A DNA stretch of 63,987 bases, counting the filler, from Dirinaria sp. TL-2023a (Eukaryota), in assembly GCA_051941275.1 (NCBI GenBank). It is 8 parts of 8 records of this genome, joined end to end, with 100 filler letters (N's around TTAATTAATTAA, not from the genome) between each part and the next. Parts side by side here need not be neighbours in the genome. Positions count along the whole stretch, not along the records: positions 32,471 to 40,470 come from JAVEBF010001246.1; positions 40,571 to 48,562 come from JAVEBF010001247.1; positions 48,663 to 56,631 come from JAVEBF010001249.1; 5 more parts are not named here. One strand, written 5' to 3'. Below are positions 38,502 to 52,481 of this stretch, in pieces. A model generated the notes under the pieces. The model was not told where the DNA came from. It did not search any database and saw nothing but the letters and a program-made list of their open reading frames with translations. How positions within the stretch are numbered: position 1 is the first letter of the stretch; the number at the start of each line of letters is the position of its first letter. A program made the translations under genes and the position numbers.

Positions 38502-40470
38502 GTGAAGATCCTCTTCAATTCATGTAAGTTCGTCCAACCAAAATAATTAAAAAGTCTCCAAGCAGTAGTTAATGCGTTTCTCTCGTTCTCAACATCGCAC
38601 TTTCATATGAGAAAGGCTCAAGGAAACACGATGTACTTCCGCAATCAAGTGCTTAGAGAGCCGTTTTCACGAATATCCCTCATCATCGAGCGCATTCTTG
38701 CTTCTATCGCATTATTCTAATTCCTCGGCGTCTTTCTGTCTGACTACCATCCTAAAACAGCAATAGAAGACAATTAGAGAGTAGTTTTTTGAGATTGAAT
38801 CAAACCGCTCGTCGCTCGCTTATGGAAGCTCTAGCACTCCGGCCGGCTTCAGTACGTATCTTTACAGCTACGAGTTAATTTCTTAGAAAAGTTTTTTTCT
38901 CCAGTTCTTTTATTCCCCTATGCAAGAGACAAAGACAGCCTTCGATTTCGAGCGCTGGTTTTGAGGGGTGCAAAAGTTCGTGGAAGCCCTTCAAACCTCT
39001 GTCAGTCTATTGGTTCTGGCATACTATTTGCAAGAAGCAAAGCCGCTCTATCCCGCTCACAGCTTCCTTTATCATCTCTTACCAGTCTCGCAGTGTCGTC
39101 GTATCTGGTTTTCATCGAGTGTTATTCATATCCCAAATCCATTATGGATAACCTCTAGGCCAGAAAATGCCTTGAGATCCATATTTCGTATAGCACTCTC
39201 GGACGCAATCCTGCATTTGCCAAGGTTTTCAAAACAATGTCTACTTAGAACATGCGAGCACAATTTGGCGCAGCGACATTGCCTAATTTATACGATTACC
39301 TAAGGAAACTCGTAAGCTATCACGGTTTGTCAAGCTGACTCTGAGCAGGTATTGGTCGTTCAACTCGACACTCGCTCGTCGTCATGATGTGAGACTCCTT
39401 ATCTACAAGAATTCTCTTACTGCTGATAAAATCACCATTCATCACCATCGAAGTCCGAGAAAAGAAAAAAATACTTTGTACTAAAAGCACTAAGAAAGCT
39501 CCGGTACGACAATCCAAGCAGTGCGGGCAAGCTACTCCCGAGCCCAGATCCAGATTGAACAGGAAGCAACTCGCTTCCTCGGAGAAGCTCTTTTGTCAAA
39601 ACAAATAGTCGATATCGTTAGCTAGGAAGGAGAATGACTGAACCCGTCGCATATAACGACCGCAACATGGGCCGTACGGGAGGCTTCGGCGAACAGCTCA
39701 CCAGTGCAACCGAACATGAACAAACGGAGAGTACAGAATCAGGCTTTTCAAGAAGCATGCAGTGAAACATGATCATGGCTTTCAAAACCCCAGTGCCTTT
39801 GCAAAGTTGTTCAAATACTTGAGTACGACCACAGTATCGAGCACACGGAAGCGACAATTTTGCCTCTCCCAGCGTGGTCACCGCGGATCGCATCTATGCT
39901 CTAAATTCGATTTCTTTCGAGAAAGATAATCACAATACCACCAACGAAGTCTCGTCCTCGAATCCACAAAACCCCTTCAAATGGCCATTGCTTTTCAAAG
40001 CCATCGTATATCATCCAAGTTCAACAACCCCCTTCAGACTTCTATCGCCGGCTCCTTCTCAAGATAACTCTAGCGAAGATAGCTCCGCATTCCCTTCAAT
40101 CGTCTCTTGAATTCTATGACGAGAATATTCCGTACATTACTCAGAAAATACGTTGAGCATTATATTCTTTCGCAGAGCTCGAAAGCCGAGGTGTAAGAAT
40201 TTTGAATTGATAATTATCTAAAATACAGCCCCATTTCGGAGCATGGAGTAGAGAGAATTAGAAGATATATTGAATTGGGTGGACAAGGGAATGGAAGAAG
40301 CCGAGGAGGATGATGCAAGGATCCAAAAACAAGCGCAGGCAGGCAGGCAGCGAGATGGCAAGTGACCGAGCAGCGTCGTCACTGGTCTTTAACAAGCAAG
40401 GCCACGAGTCGCTATCATCCCAACGCTAATGAGAAGTAATATTCTCACCATGGCCCGGGGTTTATTAACT

Positions 40471-40570
40471 NNNNNNNNNNNNNNNNNNNNNNNNNNNNNN
40501 NNNNNNNNNNNNNNTTAATTAATTAANNNNNNNNNNNNNNNNNNNNNNNNNNNNNNNNNNNNNNNNNNNN
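40471..40570. other. Artificial contig spacer
   Basis: N44-TTAATTAATTAA-N44. Confidence 0.97.
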
Positions 40571-40863
40571 GAAGGGGGTTTTTATAGTGGTGGGTGTTGG
40601 TGGGTGAAAAGGGCGGGCGCTAGGGTCGTTTGGGGTTAGTGTGGGGTTTTGGGCTTCGCTTATTCGCTGCGCGAGGGGCCGAGGGGCAGGGGTGTTGAGT
40701 TTATGGTAGGAGATGGGTTGCTTTTTCGAAGACATACTTGCGCAGTAGTGAGGCAAAACGGTTGGCTGGCTGTGTATGCTATGTACAAATTACATTGGCT
40801 TAATGAAGGTGATCTCAAACTGTCATGATGTACCTATGCTACCACGAACGCACATTGCCATGC

Positions 40864-41751
40864 CTAGTATAACCGCTTCGGAGGGCTCATGCTAGCCTTG
40901 ATAGTCAAGCTCCCGACGTTCTGCCACCCTTTCTTCAGCAAGCTGACCAGGTAATTGATGGCCAGCATGATATTTCCGATCAGCTCGTCCTCCGTCATCT
41001 CCACGTTCCCCACCGCTACGCCGAGACACAACACTTTCTTCAGCTGGAACTTGATAGTCGATTTGACTTCGGTGATTTTCGCCGCAAGGTCTTCGTTGTG
41101 CGAGATGGGAGTGGGGAACTTGCCGGCTACAGCGCAGACAAAAACAGGTCAGCGATTTAATGGCCACAGATAGACGGTATCTGAGACAAGAGGGTTGCGC
41201 ACCTTTGGACAGACCCGGGCCCAGAAGGCGGGGAATCTGTTTGATCAGAGTGTCGGAGGCGACGAAGGCATCGTATTTGCGAGCAAGCTTCTTGATCAGC
41301 TTCTTGTTCTTGTTGAGCTTTTTTAGGTCATCGGCGGACATGGCGTCGACGCCGTGGTGCTTGGCTCGATCAATGTCGTGCTGGTCACCGAGGACACTGG
41401 CACCCAATTTTCAGGTGAGTACTGATCGTAAATCCGACACTCGTGATGCATTCAAGTATTTCGGAAGACATACCAGACGCTCATTCCTGGCCGCGGGACC
41501 CTTGGCAGCTTAACCGTGCCGGAGAAACGTTTGTCACGTTGAGGGTCATAGTTCTTGAGACCGATTTGCAACTCGACGGTCTCGAGGAAATTCCGCTTTT
41601 TTTCATTGAGGGAGTAATCGAGAAGGGATTGTACATTTGAGCGCACTCCGGCTAGAATTTCGATGGATTAGCGGGCATTACGAATGACAACAGAAATAGC
41701 GGCTTCTTGTTAGAGAGCTGCAGAGCACATACCGACTGTGATTTTCGACAT
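40864..41751 (-). CDS. RPL1: 60S ribosomal protein L1/L10a (uL1), multi-exon
   Basis: MSKITV|intron; [54 protein letters not shown]-terminal [11 protein letters not shown]. Confidence 0.97.
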
Positions 41752-42600
41752 CGTGAGAACAGTCTTCCAAGAGAAGGGCTAGTTCTTTTGGTGAGGATTT
41801 GCGCACGGTGTCGATAGAAATTTGGTCGAGGTTTCGGGTTTGGTTTGTGTGGGACTTTTCGGCGGATGTTGCGCTAGCTCAGCCCTGGATCAACCCTAGT
41901 AATTCAAATAGTGGCAATAATCACGAGGACACGCTCTTTGTCTCATCCCATCATAGAGTCATCGAGTCATCAGTATAGGTTGCATGACCATGCTCAATGC
42001 GTTGCTGTTTAACTACATCCGGTCTTCACTCAGTAGCAGGACCCCCAATGAGATCCCGGGCAGGTAGGCTCGGAAAGGATAGCTACCTGTTCATAGACGT
42101 TCTGATGCAGTTATTACTGAAATAGCAAACACATGAAACTAAGCGCAATTTCTTGATCGCTGTTCATGGGGGCATGGATCTGTCCGAGGTGGCACAGTGA
42201 TCATTTGGCTCAAGTATTAGGTATTAAGCAGCTCAGCCTGATCGATGGCGCCTAGCGATTGGGCTGGAGTGGCGTGGCGCCGCCCCCATGTTCCCGACTT
42301 GTGACTCCCCAATAATCCCATGATTAATGACTTACGACTTGGCCTTAACCGTCCAGCTCCCCAATGATATTATAATCCACACGCGGCGCATTTCTTTTTT
42401 TGTATAGTAGGATCTCCTTCAGCGTCTATGATCGGGAACTAGGATTCAAACGCTGTCTCATCGTTTCAAGCATTGTATGGGCGTCCTTGGCTTGGGCTAC
42501 TAAGTTCTTACTTTAATACCCCGTATTATCTGCAATCTACTTTTTCCTTGCGCTGGTGTTTCTGATCGTTTTCTTTCGTTCTTTCTCATCGCGGTACGGC

Positions 42601-44617
42601 ATGGCCGGTTTCAGTGATCTCCCTGTCTTTGAGGATTTCGACGACGAAGCTGTGTACAAAAAGGGCGAGCATTATCTATTCCAACCCGATGCGCTGAATT
42701 TTGTCATCGAGTTCGATAGTGATAAAGCTATCGCAGGCTTGAAGCTATCTGCAACATCTGTTCAAGAACTTATAAAGAATAAGGTAAGATTTTTCTGGAG
42801 CCAATATGGCTGTCGATAAACGACTCTGTGGGTTGACATTGAAGCATAGCCACCTCCTGCCATAACACGTTGGATGTAAGTCTTTACTCAGGCCTAGACT
42901 CCAATATAATCATTGACAGACCTTGCAGTAACCTTTTCTGTCCGGAAGAGCAGCGGGATACTGTTCAGGTAAGCCAGATTCAAGCCTGCTGAACCTATTG
43001 GTCTAACGACTCGGGACAGGCGCTTGCATCACACTATGGCTTCTCACCACGTTTGACCGGACTCATGTGTTCAAAGCCCTATACTCCTACACCTGCAGCT
43101 ATCAGCTTGCCAGATTACTCAAAACCTCACCACAAGCCCCAACGCAAATCCCAGGAAAGTCGTTCGACTGACCCTGAGAAGAGCGATTCGACTACATCTT
43201 ACGCACCAGATTTGCCTGTGATTGATCTAAACCATTATCGAATAGTCGATGAAGTCTGGTACTATTGTTCCGTTGACTGGGGTTCCAAATGTATGTATTT
43301 GTGTAAACGTCGAGTGTCCAATGCTAACACTATGTAGATCTATGTATTGGGTATAACTCGCTTTCCCAGCTACACGCTCCGGAGGTAAACGACATCCCCA
43401 ATGAGGATCATATGAGCAATAAGCCCCAAGGCCGCAGGCTATGGACATGGCTAATTCACTGTGATGATGGTGAGGCTTCCACAATCTTGGACCAAGGCAT
43501 TGCTCAATTTGTCGGTAGGAACGATCATATCAATTCATGAAAACCCATTTCCAAACCAACAAGGACCTCTCGATCATCGCCAGCAAAGCGCCATAGGTTA
43601 CATGCGACGGAATTTGTTCACTGTCTTCAAGCAACTCTCAAAAGTCAATGATTCCTGGAGAAAAGAAAATCCAATCGTATCATTGCCACTCCGATCAGGC
43701 TTCCAAAACATCGATGGCAGTGAGATTGAGACCTCTGACTCACCAAGCCTGCTCTTCTACTACCTCTTCGATGACTGGTTTTCGAGTTATAGCTTGGTAG
43801 CGAAGCAAGAGCATCAATATGGAAAGCAGCTTGGCCACCTTGTAAGTGCTTGGCTTTTGTCGCCTAGTTAGTCGCTCACGCCTGGTAGAGGAATAAAATG
43901 TTCGCAAGACCCGAAGTCGAACACATCCAACGGCTTCATCATATTGGGCAGCAACTCGCAGTCTTGAAGAAGATCTATCAGAGCTACGCGCTCATCATTG
44001 ACAGGATTCTGGATAGACAGAAGCCTGTTGATATGTCGAACAGTACTCAACTTTTGCAAGAAAATATTTCAGAAGATAAAGCCTTACTTTCCGCACGGAG
44101 TGTAAAGTATGCAGTTCCATTGTCCTCAGCTGCCACAGTACGGTTTGAACGACTCCGGGACCGTATCAACTCTTATGCTCTAAGCGAAATACAAGATTGC
44201 CTAGACGAGAAGGAGTCGTTGGTGTTTTTGGTAAATCTTACAAAAGCACTATCCGCGAAGTTATCTGCTAATACTGGCCACAAGAACTTCAACTTGATCA
44301 CCCTCAAGCAATCGGCCGCTGTTGAGCGTTTGACACGCATAACGATCCTATTAGCCAAGGTCACGATCCTCTTCATGCCAGTCAGTCTCATGACAGCGTA
44401 TTTTTCCGTACAGATCGATGATCTTCAAGGATTATATACTGCTGCGACCTATTGGGCCAGTTTCGCCGTGATTATGGCCTTGTCTTTCATTTTCCTGCTA
44501 GTTTTCGGGTATATCAGCGGAACTGTGGAAGGCAAGCCTATCTACCGGTCATTTACGCAAATTTTTGTCGACAAATCACGCGATTGGAGGCGACGCAAGT
44601 TTTCCTACAAACCTTGA
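42601..44617 (+). CDS. Divergent CorA-like membrane protein, multi-exon
   Basis: Exons read MAGFSD...NFVIEF, YGFSPRL, EVWYYCSVDWG, LLFYYLFDDW, LHHIGQQLAVLK and ERLTRITILLAKVTILFMPVSLMTAYFS plus a final TM; no GMN motif. Confidence 0.7.
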
Positions 44618-45474
44618 CACAAAAGTGTCTCTATAGGATTTTCGAGCCAGCCTTAGAAGCCTTCGCCAGGTCTTGGAGGTGCATATGTCAGTGCCAAGCT
44701 GATCGCTAATTTATTTAGTGTTAGTACTAGGAAACATGATTATGGCAGGGATTGCTTTGTTACCGTAGGCCGCAATAAAAATTTCTGTGAGTCTCACAAG
44801 AGGAGTTAATGATGGAGGAAGCCTAAAAAGTGCTAAGCCGTACTGGGAGAGCCATGATTTTCCAGGAGTTGACCATGTCGGTGTGCAAAGGGGTTAGGTA
44901 CTTTAGTCAGATACTGATACGCCGATGAAAGACCCTTTTAGGCAGTACTTCTGACCATCTTATGAGTAAGAAATTCGCGGTGAAATTGAGTTGCCTGTTA
45001 AAATTCGACTGACCACCTTGTCAATTTCATGCATTGGATCCATAAGGTACTATTTGAACCCAGCCGGTTACATATGTGCACTGCATTTCTTTATCTGTAG
45101 GTCAAGTTGTTCACAGTCAACACTCTGCCTGAGTCAGCACTGGATCACGTGCTTCTCCCGTACTTTAACCGGTTTACCGAATCGAGAGCCAGAAACTTTG
45201 TGGCCTTTCCTAAGACACATACCTACCTTATGTTGACGATCGTTGTCAGTACCTGTACAACAAAAGTTTAAGCAGATATACACCCATACAGTGAGTAGCA
45301 TTCTTCCATCTACCACAAAGCAAGCCTTTTCTCTCTACCGCGGCTGGCAAAGGCATCCGCACTTTCAGCCCGTGCACGATCTTCATCGCCAGCTGGAGCA
45401 GGCGCGATATCCAGATCTGTCGTTGGACGTATCACTGCCACGAACCCTCAGGCTGACCGCTCTTCACTAGCTAG

Positions 45475-46240
<766 letters not shown>

Positions 46241-47286
46241 AGAAGTTCCCTGAAAGTCTTGTGCCGGCAAAGATGTTTATCAAGTATTACTGCGTCGGTC
46301 TCCTCATCCGCCTCCGATAGTCTTTCCGTTGTCTCCCCTTTTCCACCTGTCCGAAGTACTTCCGCATTCCCTCCACATCTGGCGCGCGCTCGTGATCGTG
46401 CCCCCGATCTGATGCATACTTCGATGTGCATTCGGCGGTACAGCTCTATGCCATCTTGGTCGTCCTGCTTTTGTGTTGCTCATGTGGGAATGATAGGTGT
46501 TCATGCAGTGATAGATTTTAGTCCCTGAAAGCAATTCACGTTGAACGTTCTAATAGTCTACAACGCAAGTCACGGCCACTGCGTGATCCTCATCAAGCCC
46601 GCCTTTTCTTCAACTAAGTCCTGGAGCTTCTCAGCTTTTGGGTATATGATAGTGCCCTCAGAACGCAATATCCCTGCCATTTATAGCCGACTCCTGGTCC
46701 CACTGGTGTTCGACAAATTGCCCCCACATTTGTGATTTGCCAGCTATCGTATCAGTGTATCAATGTGGTAGCCTGTTTCAACCTGTACATCACATGCTGG
46801 CCCAATGATATCCATGGCTGTAGTTCGATTCCCTCAGGTAATTTATGACACTTTGGTCGTTCTGCAACGTCATAGTTACCTGCGCCTCAATCCAGCAACC
46901 GAACTGCGTACTCGTGCATATAATCACCAGTATTGTGGCATACTTGACTTTCAACTCTAGAGCAGAACATCGTATCAGAGATACCTCGTAGATAACGCAT
47001 TTAAACCCGAGACATCCACAGACAATAGGTACTTGGCCGTATCTCAAACATGTGGACAAAGGCCAAGTTTGCTCCTCCACCAAATCATGAGTCACGCTTT
47101 GTGAATAGGAAGTACAACACCTCTCTTCTTTCTATTCAAATTACATAAGAGGTCAAATTCATCTTCGTCAAGTATTCCCTCAAGTCTCTCTCAATCAATT
47201 CGTCCGTCGCTTGAACTCAACGTAGTTTGGGCAAACAAAACTTGAGTAGCAACCATCTGCACATAAAGAAACTCAAACCAGCAACT

Positions 47287-48562
47287 ATGCCTGCTACACG
47301 CGTAACTCTGGCTTCTAACGCAAACCAATCGATCAAAGCACCTTTGCTAGTACCATCGTCCGCTTCTCCGGATCCTGCATCACCGTCTTCCTATCGTGCC
47401 CTTGTCATCAAGACAGCGCTATCAAAACTGCGCTTAAAGAAGCCAAGCCGCGTCTTCGTTGCTGGCGGCAAGGAACTATTACATGCTGAAGATTGGAAAA
47501 TTGCGCTGAAGGACGACACAATCCTCCTCGTCTCAGCGGGCGAGGACTACGTGGGTGCGCGCCACGAAGATGCAGTGCGGAATGGTGTCGATAATATCAA
47601 TCCTGATTGTCGAATTGAGAATTTAGCAAGCAAAGCCTTTGTCGACGACCTTTCGCTCCGGCAATTGGAATCTGTAGCGCGAACTCTGCCAGGCATCATC
47701 CATGCGTGCGCTCAACCCGATCTGCATCCTGGCACCAAGTTTCCCATTGGTGCTGTACTTGTCTCACGGGGCTGGATACACCCTCCCCTGATCGGCTCTG
47801 ATATTGGCTGTGGAATGGCTTGGTACAAGACCACACTTACCAGAGCACAGGTCGAAGGGGACAAAGGTCGAAAGATAGCTGAAAAGCTACGGGGCTTGGA
47901 AGGTGCCTGGAGGAGGCAAAGTGATAGAGAAGTCTGGTTGACCAATGACAACAGGGAATGCTGTAAAGCTGGAGACGAATGGGATGCATCACTGGGCACG
48001 ATCGGCGCGGGCAATCATTTCGCAGAGGTGCAAGTCGTCGAAGAATCCTCGCCGGACGCTCAGCTCGGAGACACCAAACTGCAGCTTCACGAAGGGGATG
48101 TAGTTCTATTAGTGCACTCCGGCTCGAGAGGTTTTGGAGGTGATATTCTCCGCCGCTACACCGCGAATGGACACATCAGCCTCAAAGCAGACGAGCCAGC
48201 AGCCCAGCGCTATCTCGAAGAGCACGATCGCGCCTGCGACTGGGCATCCGGCAACCGCGATCTAATCGCCCTCCGATTCCTCGCTTGTCTAGAACCTGGC
48301 AACCCAGAATGGGACCTCGGCACCAACCTTACCCCCGTCGGTCAAGGAGAAACCTCACATCAATCGACCTTGCAAGCCAGATCTCAAATCTCGGAGCGAA
48401 AAGTTGTAGATATATGGCACAACAACGTCTCGATCACGCCTTGGCCACCATCAGCGCCTTCTTCTTCTTCCTCTTCTCCCACCCGATCCACCACCCCACC
48501 TCCCCAAAAACCCGAGCAAAAAGAACAAGAAAAAGTCTTCATCCACCGCAAAGGCGCCGCGC
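47287..48562 (+). CDS. RtcB-family RNA ligase (release-factor-H-coupled/RtcB2-like) with an N-terminal extension; truncated by contig end
   Basis: PDLHPG.KFPIG, PLIGSDIGCGM, SLGTIGAGNHFAEVQ, LLVHSGSRG, WHNN, IHRKGAA; no intron in the visible part. Confidence 0.88.
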
Positions 48563-48662
48563 NNNNNNNNNNNNNNNNNNNNNNNNNNNNNNNNNNNNNN
48601 NNNNNNTTAATTAATTAANNNNNNNNNNNNNNNNNNNNNNNNNNNNNNNNNNNNNNNNNNNN
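48563..48662. other. Artificial contig spacer
   Basis: N44-TTAATTAATTAA-N44. Confidence 0.97.
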
Positions 48663-48990
48663 CGGCATTAGCGTGCCTCGCTTATCTTCCAGCCTCGCCA
48701 AGCCATCTGTTTACCAACCTCGCCAACCTTCAACAACCTCCCAACCTCTTCCCACATCTCCAGGCTTCCCAGAATGCAAAGGACCATGGATCCACTCCAG
48801 CCATCGCGAATTCTATCATGGGATAGAATTCTGTTTCCTTACTTTTCTCATCTCCCAGTCCATCCCAGAACTTACATCCCACTAGCACCGTGCACGCATC
48901 CGCTCCTTGTACTTCTGCCCGTGCATTACTACCCACCTTGACTCGCAATTTTACCTCCTGTCAAGGAGATTACACTCTAACTCTCCAGAT

Positions 48991-49755
48991 ATGCGCTCAG
49001 CGCTGCCTTCCGCTCTGCTTGCTCTTACTCTCCCTTTACTCTCCAGCTGTGCTCCTTTACAACCGCAAGCCCCACGGCCTGTTGTCAAACGCGCCTCATA
49101 CTCAGTCGTCGCGGTCGACGGCAGCTCAGGCTCCGCGGCTACCTCAGACTCTGGCCAACCGGCCGCCGCGACCACCTTGGTACAAACACATGAGACGACC
49201 AAGACAGTAACGGCTCCAGCGAGCACGAAGCCTCCCAAAACGGAGGTGATTCTTTCGACAGTGGTGGTGCAAAATCCGCAGGTCACGAAAACGGTAGACG
49301 TCACGGAGCCGGGGAAGACTACAGTTATCACTGTGACAAAAGAGATACCGGATTCTCCATCCCCATCGGCCGAGTCCTACACGATCGTCAATCCTGCCGG
49401 GCCCTCTACCACAGCTTCATCGCCCCAAGTATCAGGCACCCCCAACTGTACAACATCGAAACCTCCGCCACCCCCTTCGATATCGTGCTCAAGCACAAAT
49501 ATCTCAACATCCACCTCTACATCGACAGCTACGGAAGCTGCAACCCTCTTCCCGCCAGCGCCAGTGGTGCCCGTTCCAATACCTGCTCTCCCAAGCACCT
49601 ACAGCGCAAGTCCTACAGCTGTGCCTCCACAGCCATACGATAACGGGCAATGGCATACCAACTACCGTGCATGGAATAGCACAGTGACCGCTGCTGGAAC
49701 AGGGACCGCTGCAGTAACGGGCACCGCTACATCCGTTTCATGGGGAGCATCATAA
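48991..49755 (+). CDS. Secreted Ser/Thr/Pro-rich (mucin-like) protein
   Basis: Signal peptide MRSALPSALLALTLPLL, KR site, YSVVAVDG, T/S/P-rich body, YDNGQWHTNY near the C-terminus. Confidence 0.8.
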   Translation: MRSALPSALLALTLPLLSSCAPLQPQAPRPVVKRASYSVVAVDGSSGSAATSDSGQPAAATTLVQTHETTKTVTAPASTKPPKTEVILSTVVVQNPQVTKTVDVTEPGKTTVITVTKEIPDSPSPSAESYTIVNPAGPSTTASSPQVSGTPNCTTSKPPPPPSISCSSTNISTSTSTSTATEAATLFPPAPVVPVPIPALPSTYSASPTAVPPQPYDNGQWHTNYRAWNSTVTAAGTGTAAVTGTATSVSWGAS

Positions 49756-51651
49756 GAGGGGCTTGCGACCAATTTCTTTCAAAGGAAGATGGACAGCAAT
49801 AGGGTTTGCGTCGGGGTTTAAACAGGTGGCGGATCACGACGATATTATGTCTTCGACTGTTAATATAGAAATGTAGTTTTCAGGATGACGAAGGTTCAGG
49901 TATGCATAGCGTCGGGAAAACCTTCCCAGGGACGGGACGTGGTTGAATTTCCAAAGCAAGGTGCTCCGGAGGGATATGGGCTTCAATTAAGATTTCACGC
50001 TTCCAACGAAGGGGATGCGAAGATCGGAATAGAATTGGGGAAATAATCTAATGCATAGAGTTACTTACATTAATCAATTCAACCAAGTTAATTTACCTAC
50101 CGCCCCCGCTTGACACTGCTCTTGATGCATACATGAGATTTCCAGTATCCTTCTTGGAATAAACTTCATCCATCTCCTTTCCCTCCCCAACATCTTCAAA
50201 AAGTAAAAAAAATGAAGCAACACTAAAAAAAGAATTCAAACATTCCGGCTTCTCGGAACTTGTACCCAAAAACCCAATATAAACATGCTAAGATAACTTG
50301 CAAACCAAAACCTCCAAACCCCTTTTAAAACTAAGCCGGCCTCCAATTCGCTCCGCGCAGCGAATCACATCCTCATTTCCATCCAATCAATACAGATATT
50401 CAAATCAAAATTAGAATGCACGAAATACGAACATATATATCTGGCTTTAAAGATGTGATTCATCATGCTTGTTGCTTCATAACCCATGATAGGAACGCGT
50501 GCAGGAGTAATTGTTTCTTCTTTTTTCATCATCTAACTGCCTTCTTGGACCCATGATGCCGAGATATTCCCTACGCTTTCTGTGTTCTGTCTAATGGTAA
50601 TGTTGAAAGTCCCACGGATCTGAGGTTAAAAGAGAAGTCGAGTCGTTTTTTTTGAACTGGCTTGATCTGGCGCTTCCCCGCACTGCCTTGATGGAGATGC
50701 CTGAGGGAAAGTAAGGTACCTTAAGGTGCCTGTATAAAGCGATTAGGTGTAAATGAGGACTGCAGAGATGGAAGGAACCCTAGCCACTATACTGGATCGA
50801 GGTTTGGATAGCTCGAGTGTGGGATCGAGAGTCTGCCCTAACCCTTACCCCCAATTTGCATTCTCTAAGGATGAGGTACTTTCTAGTATCTTAAGGTAAG
50901 GTAGGGTAGATCAGCGTGCCGTGTGGATGGCATGTCGTGTTGTCATAACCCTAGACAGGTATGTAGCAGACTTCTCTGAGATTTATGAACCAAGGAACGT
51001 ATGCAGGGCTGATTTTGCAAAATATATGTTAATGGCGTTCTGGTGAGGGTTTGGTATAAAATACATGGGCAGATTAGAGAATATGTCAACTGTATTGGAG
51101 TGTATGGAGAAGGGACGGTATCCATGAGCGGATCTGGATCTCGAATTTAGGGAGGCAGGGCGAATGTGGTTTCCTGGGTTTCCTTTCTCGCCTACACTCC
51201 CTTGTGACCTTTGCCCTTTGCTATACGGCCTTTATCACGGAAGGTCGACCTTTGCTTGAAGGTGCGACAGGGAATAAGGGGAGACGAAAAGATGGAGCAA
51301 AGGAGGAGTGTGTGTGTGTGGAATTTATCCAAGATCTGGGGAATCTCAATGTGTCCCTGCCCTAGCCAGGTAGTAGTTGCGTGGACCAGCAATGATGATT
51401 CTTAGGTGATTTTAGAAAAAAAATTGTGTAATGGAATGACGATAAACAATGAAGAGCCATTGGCAAATGGCCACATTGTAGAAGGTTGCATTGTATTTTG
51501 TATGAAAAAGGGGAAAAAAATCAATCTACTGCACTACCTTCAAAGGCAGATCAGAGAATAAATATGAATATTCAGCACGATATCCAACAATTCGTTTTAC
51601 TCAATTCCACGAGTATTTTCATACTTACTACACAAGAACGATGAACGCACC

Positions 51652-51972
51652 TTAGAGATGTATTCTCTCCACAGATCCCACCACTCTCGTCGTAAAGTTC
51701 TGCTGCAGTTTCGCTCCTGTTTCAACGCTCGTTTCGTTCTCTTTGTCGTCAATCCCCAACGATGTACGCTCTTCAATGCAGCTTTTCACGGCGTCGTGAT
51801 ACTTATTCCCCAAGGTTACTTTCATATTGTTCAGTTACTCCGTCTCTAGCAGTCTCTCTCGGATGATCTTCAACTCATCCAATTCTGCTTCTTCTGGATT
51901 TAGAAACTTGGTAATGTTCTCAATCTTGCCCCATACTACTATCTCAAGGAAAACAGTGCCGAGAGAGTAGAT
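51652..51972 (-). pseudogene. Relic of a kinase-like C-lobe of the type found in fungal HeLo-domain/pseudokinase proteins
   Basis: Manual translation: IYSLGTVFLEIVVWGKIE...RERLLETE*LNNMKVTLGNKYHDAVKSCI...KLQQNFTTRVVGSVERIHL*. In-frame TAA at 51835-51837; upstream part of the domain not seen. Confidence 0.65.
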
Positions 51973-52481
51973 GGGTACGATGCGGAGGGCATGCTTAATC
52001 GGGCTTAGCGCCATACGTAGGGCTTACCTATCTCCGGCCTCCTCTAAATCCTTAAGTGTTTGGTCCATTGTATCGCACCCAGGCCACAATGGACCGGTAA
52101 TTAGCATCTTCATTCTCAATACAGTTTTTCACCCACATCATAGTCATTTTTTTTATAGAGATGATGAAGATGGTGACACAGCTAGCTAGCAAATAGGCTA
52201 TTCAATTTGCAATGAAAGCTTGTATCGAATGCCAGAGATTGTGCAATGGAGAAGGGCTAAGAAAAGGGGCTCGGCTATGTGCCGTAGTATGATTGCTTAA
52301 GACCTCTCAAAGAATGAATTAGCAGCAGTAAGAGGTGGATGTACCATTTGATTCTACAAAAACAGTAAGAATTTGTCCGAAGACCCAGCGAAATCAAAGC
52401 TTAGCGACCACTCACTGCGCTCGTACCTTTCGAGTATCGCATGAAATAGCACTTGTGCATCTCGTCTGGTTTCATATCCCA

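Noticed and set aside
38540..40160. Possible decayed gene or transposon relic on the minus strand
   Set aside because: Short protein-like stretches broken by stops, but no recognisable domain, terminal repeats or target-site duplication.
52335..52481. N-terminal extension of the CYTH ORF
   Set aside because: GTG start; the ATG at 52482 directly precedes the ExExKF motif that normally opens the domain.
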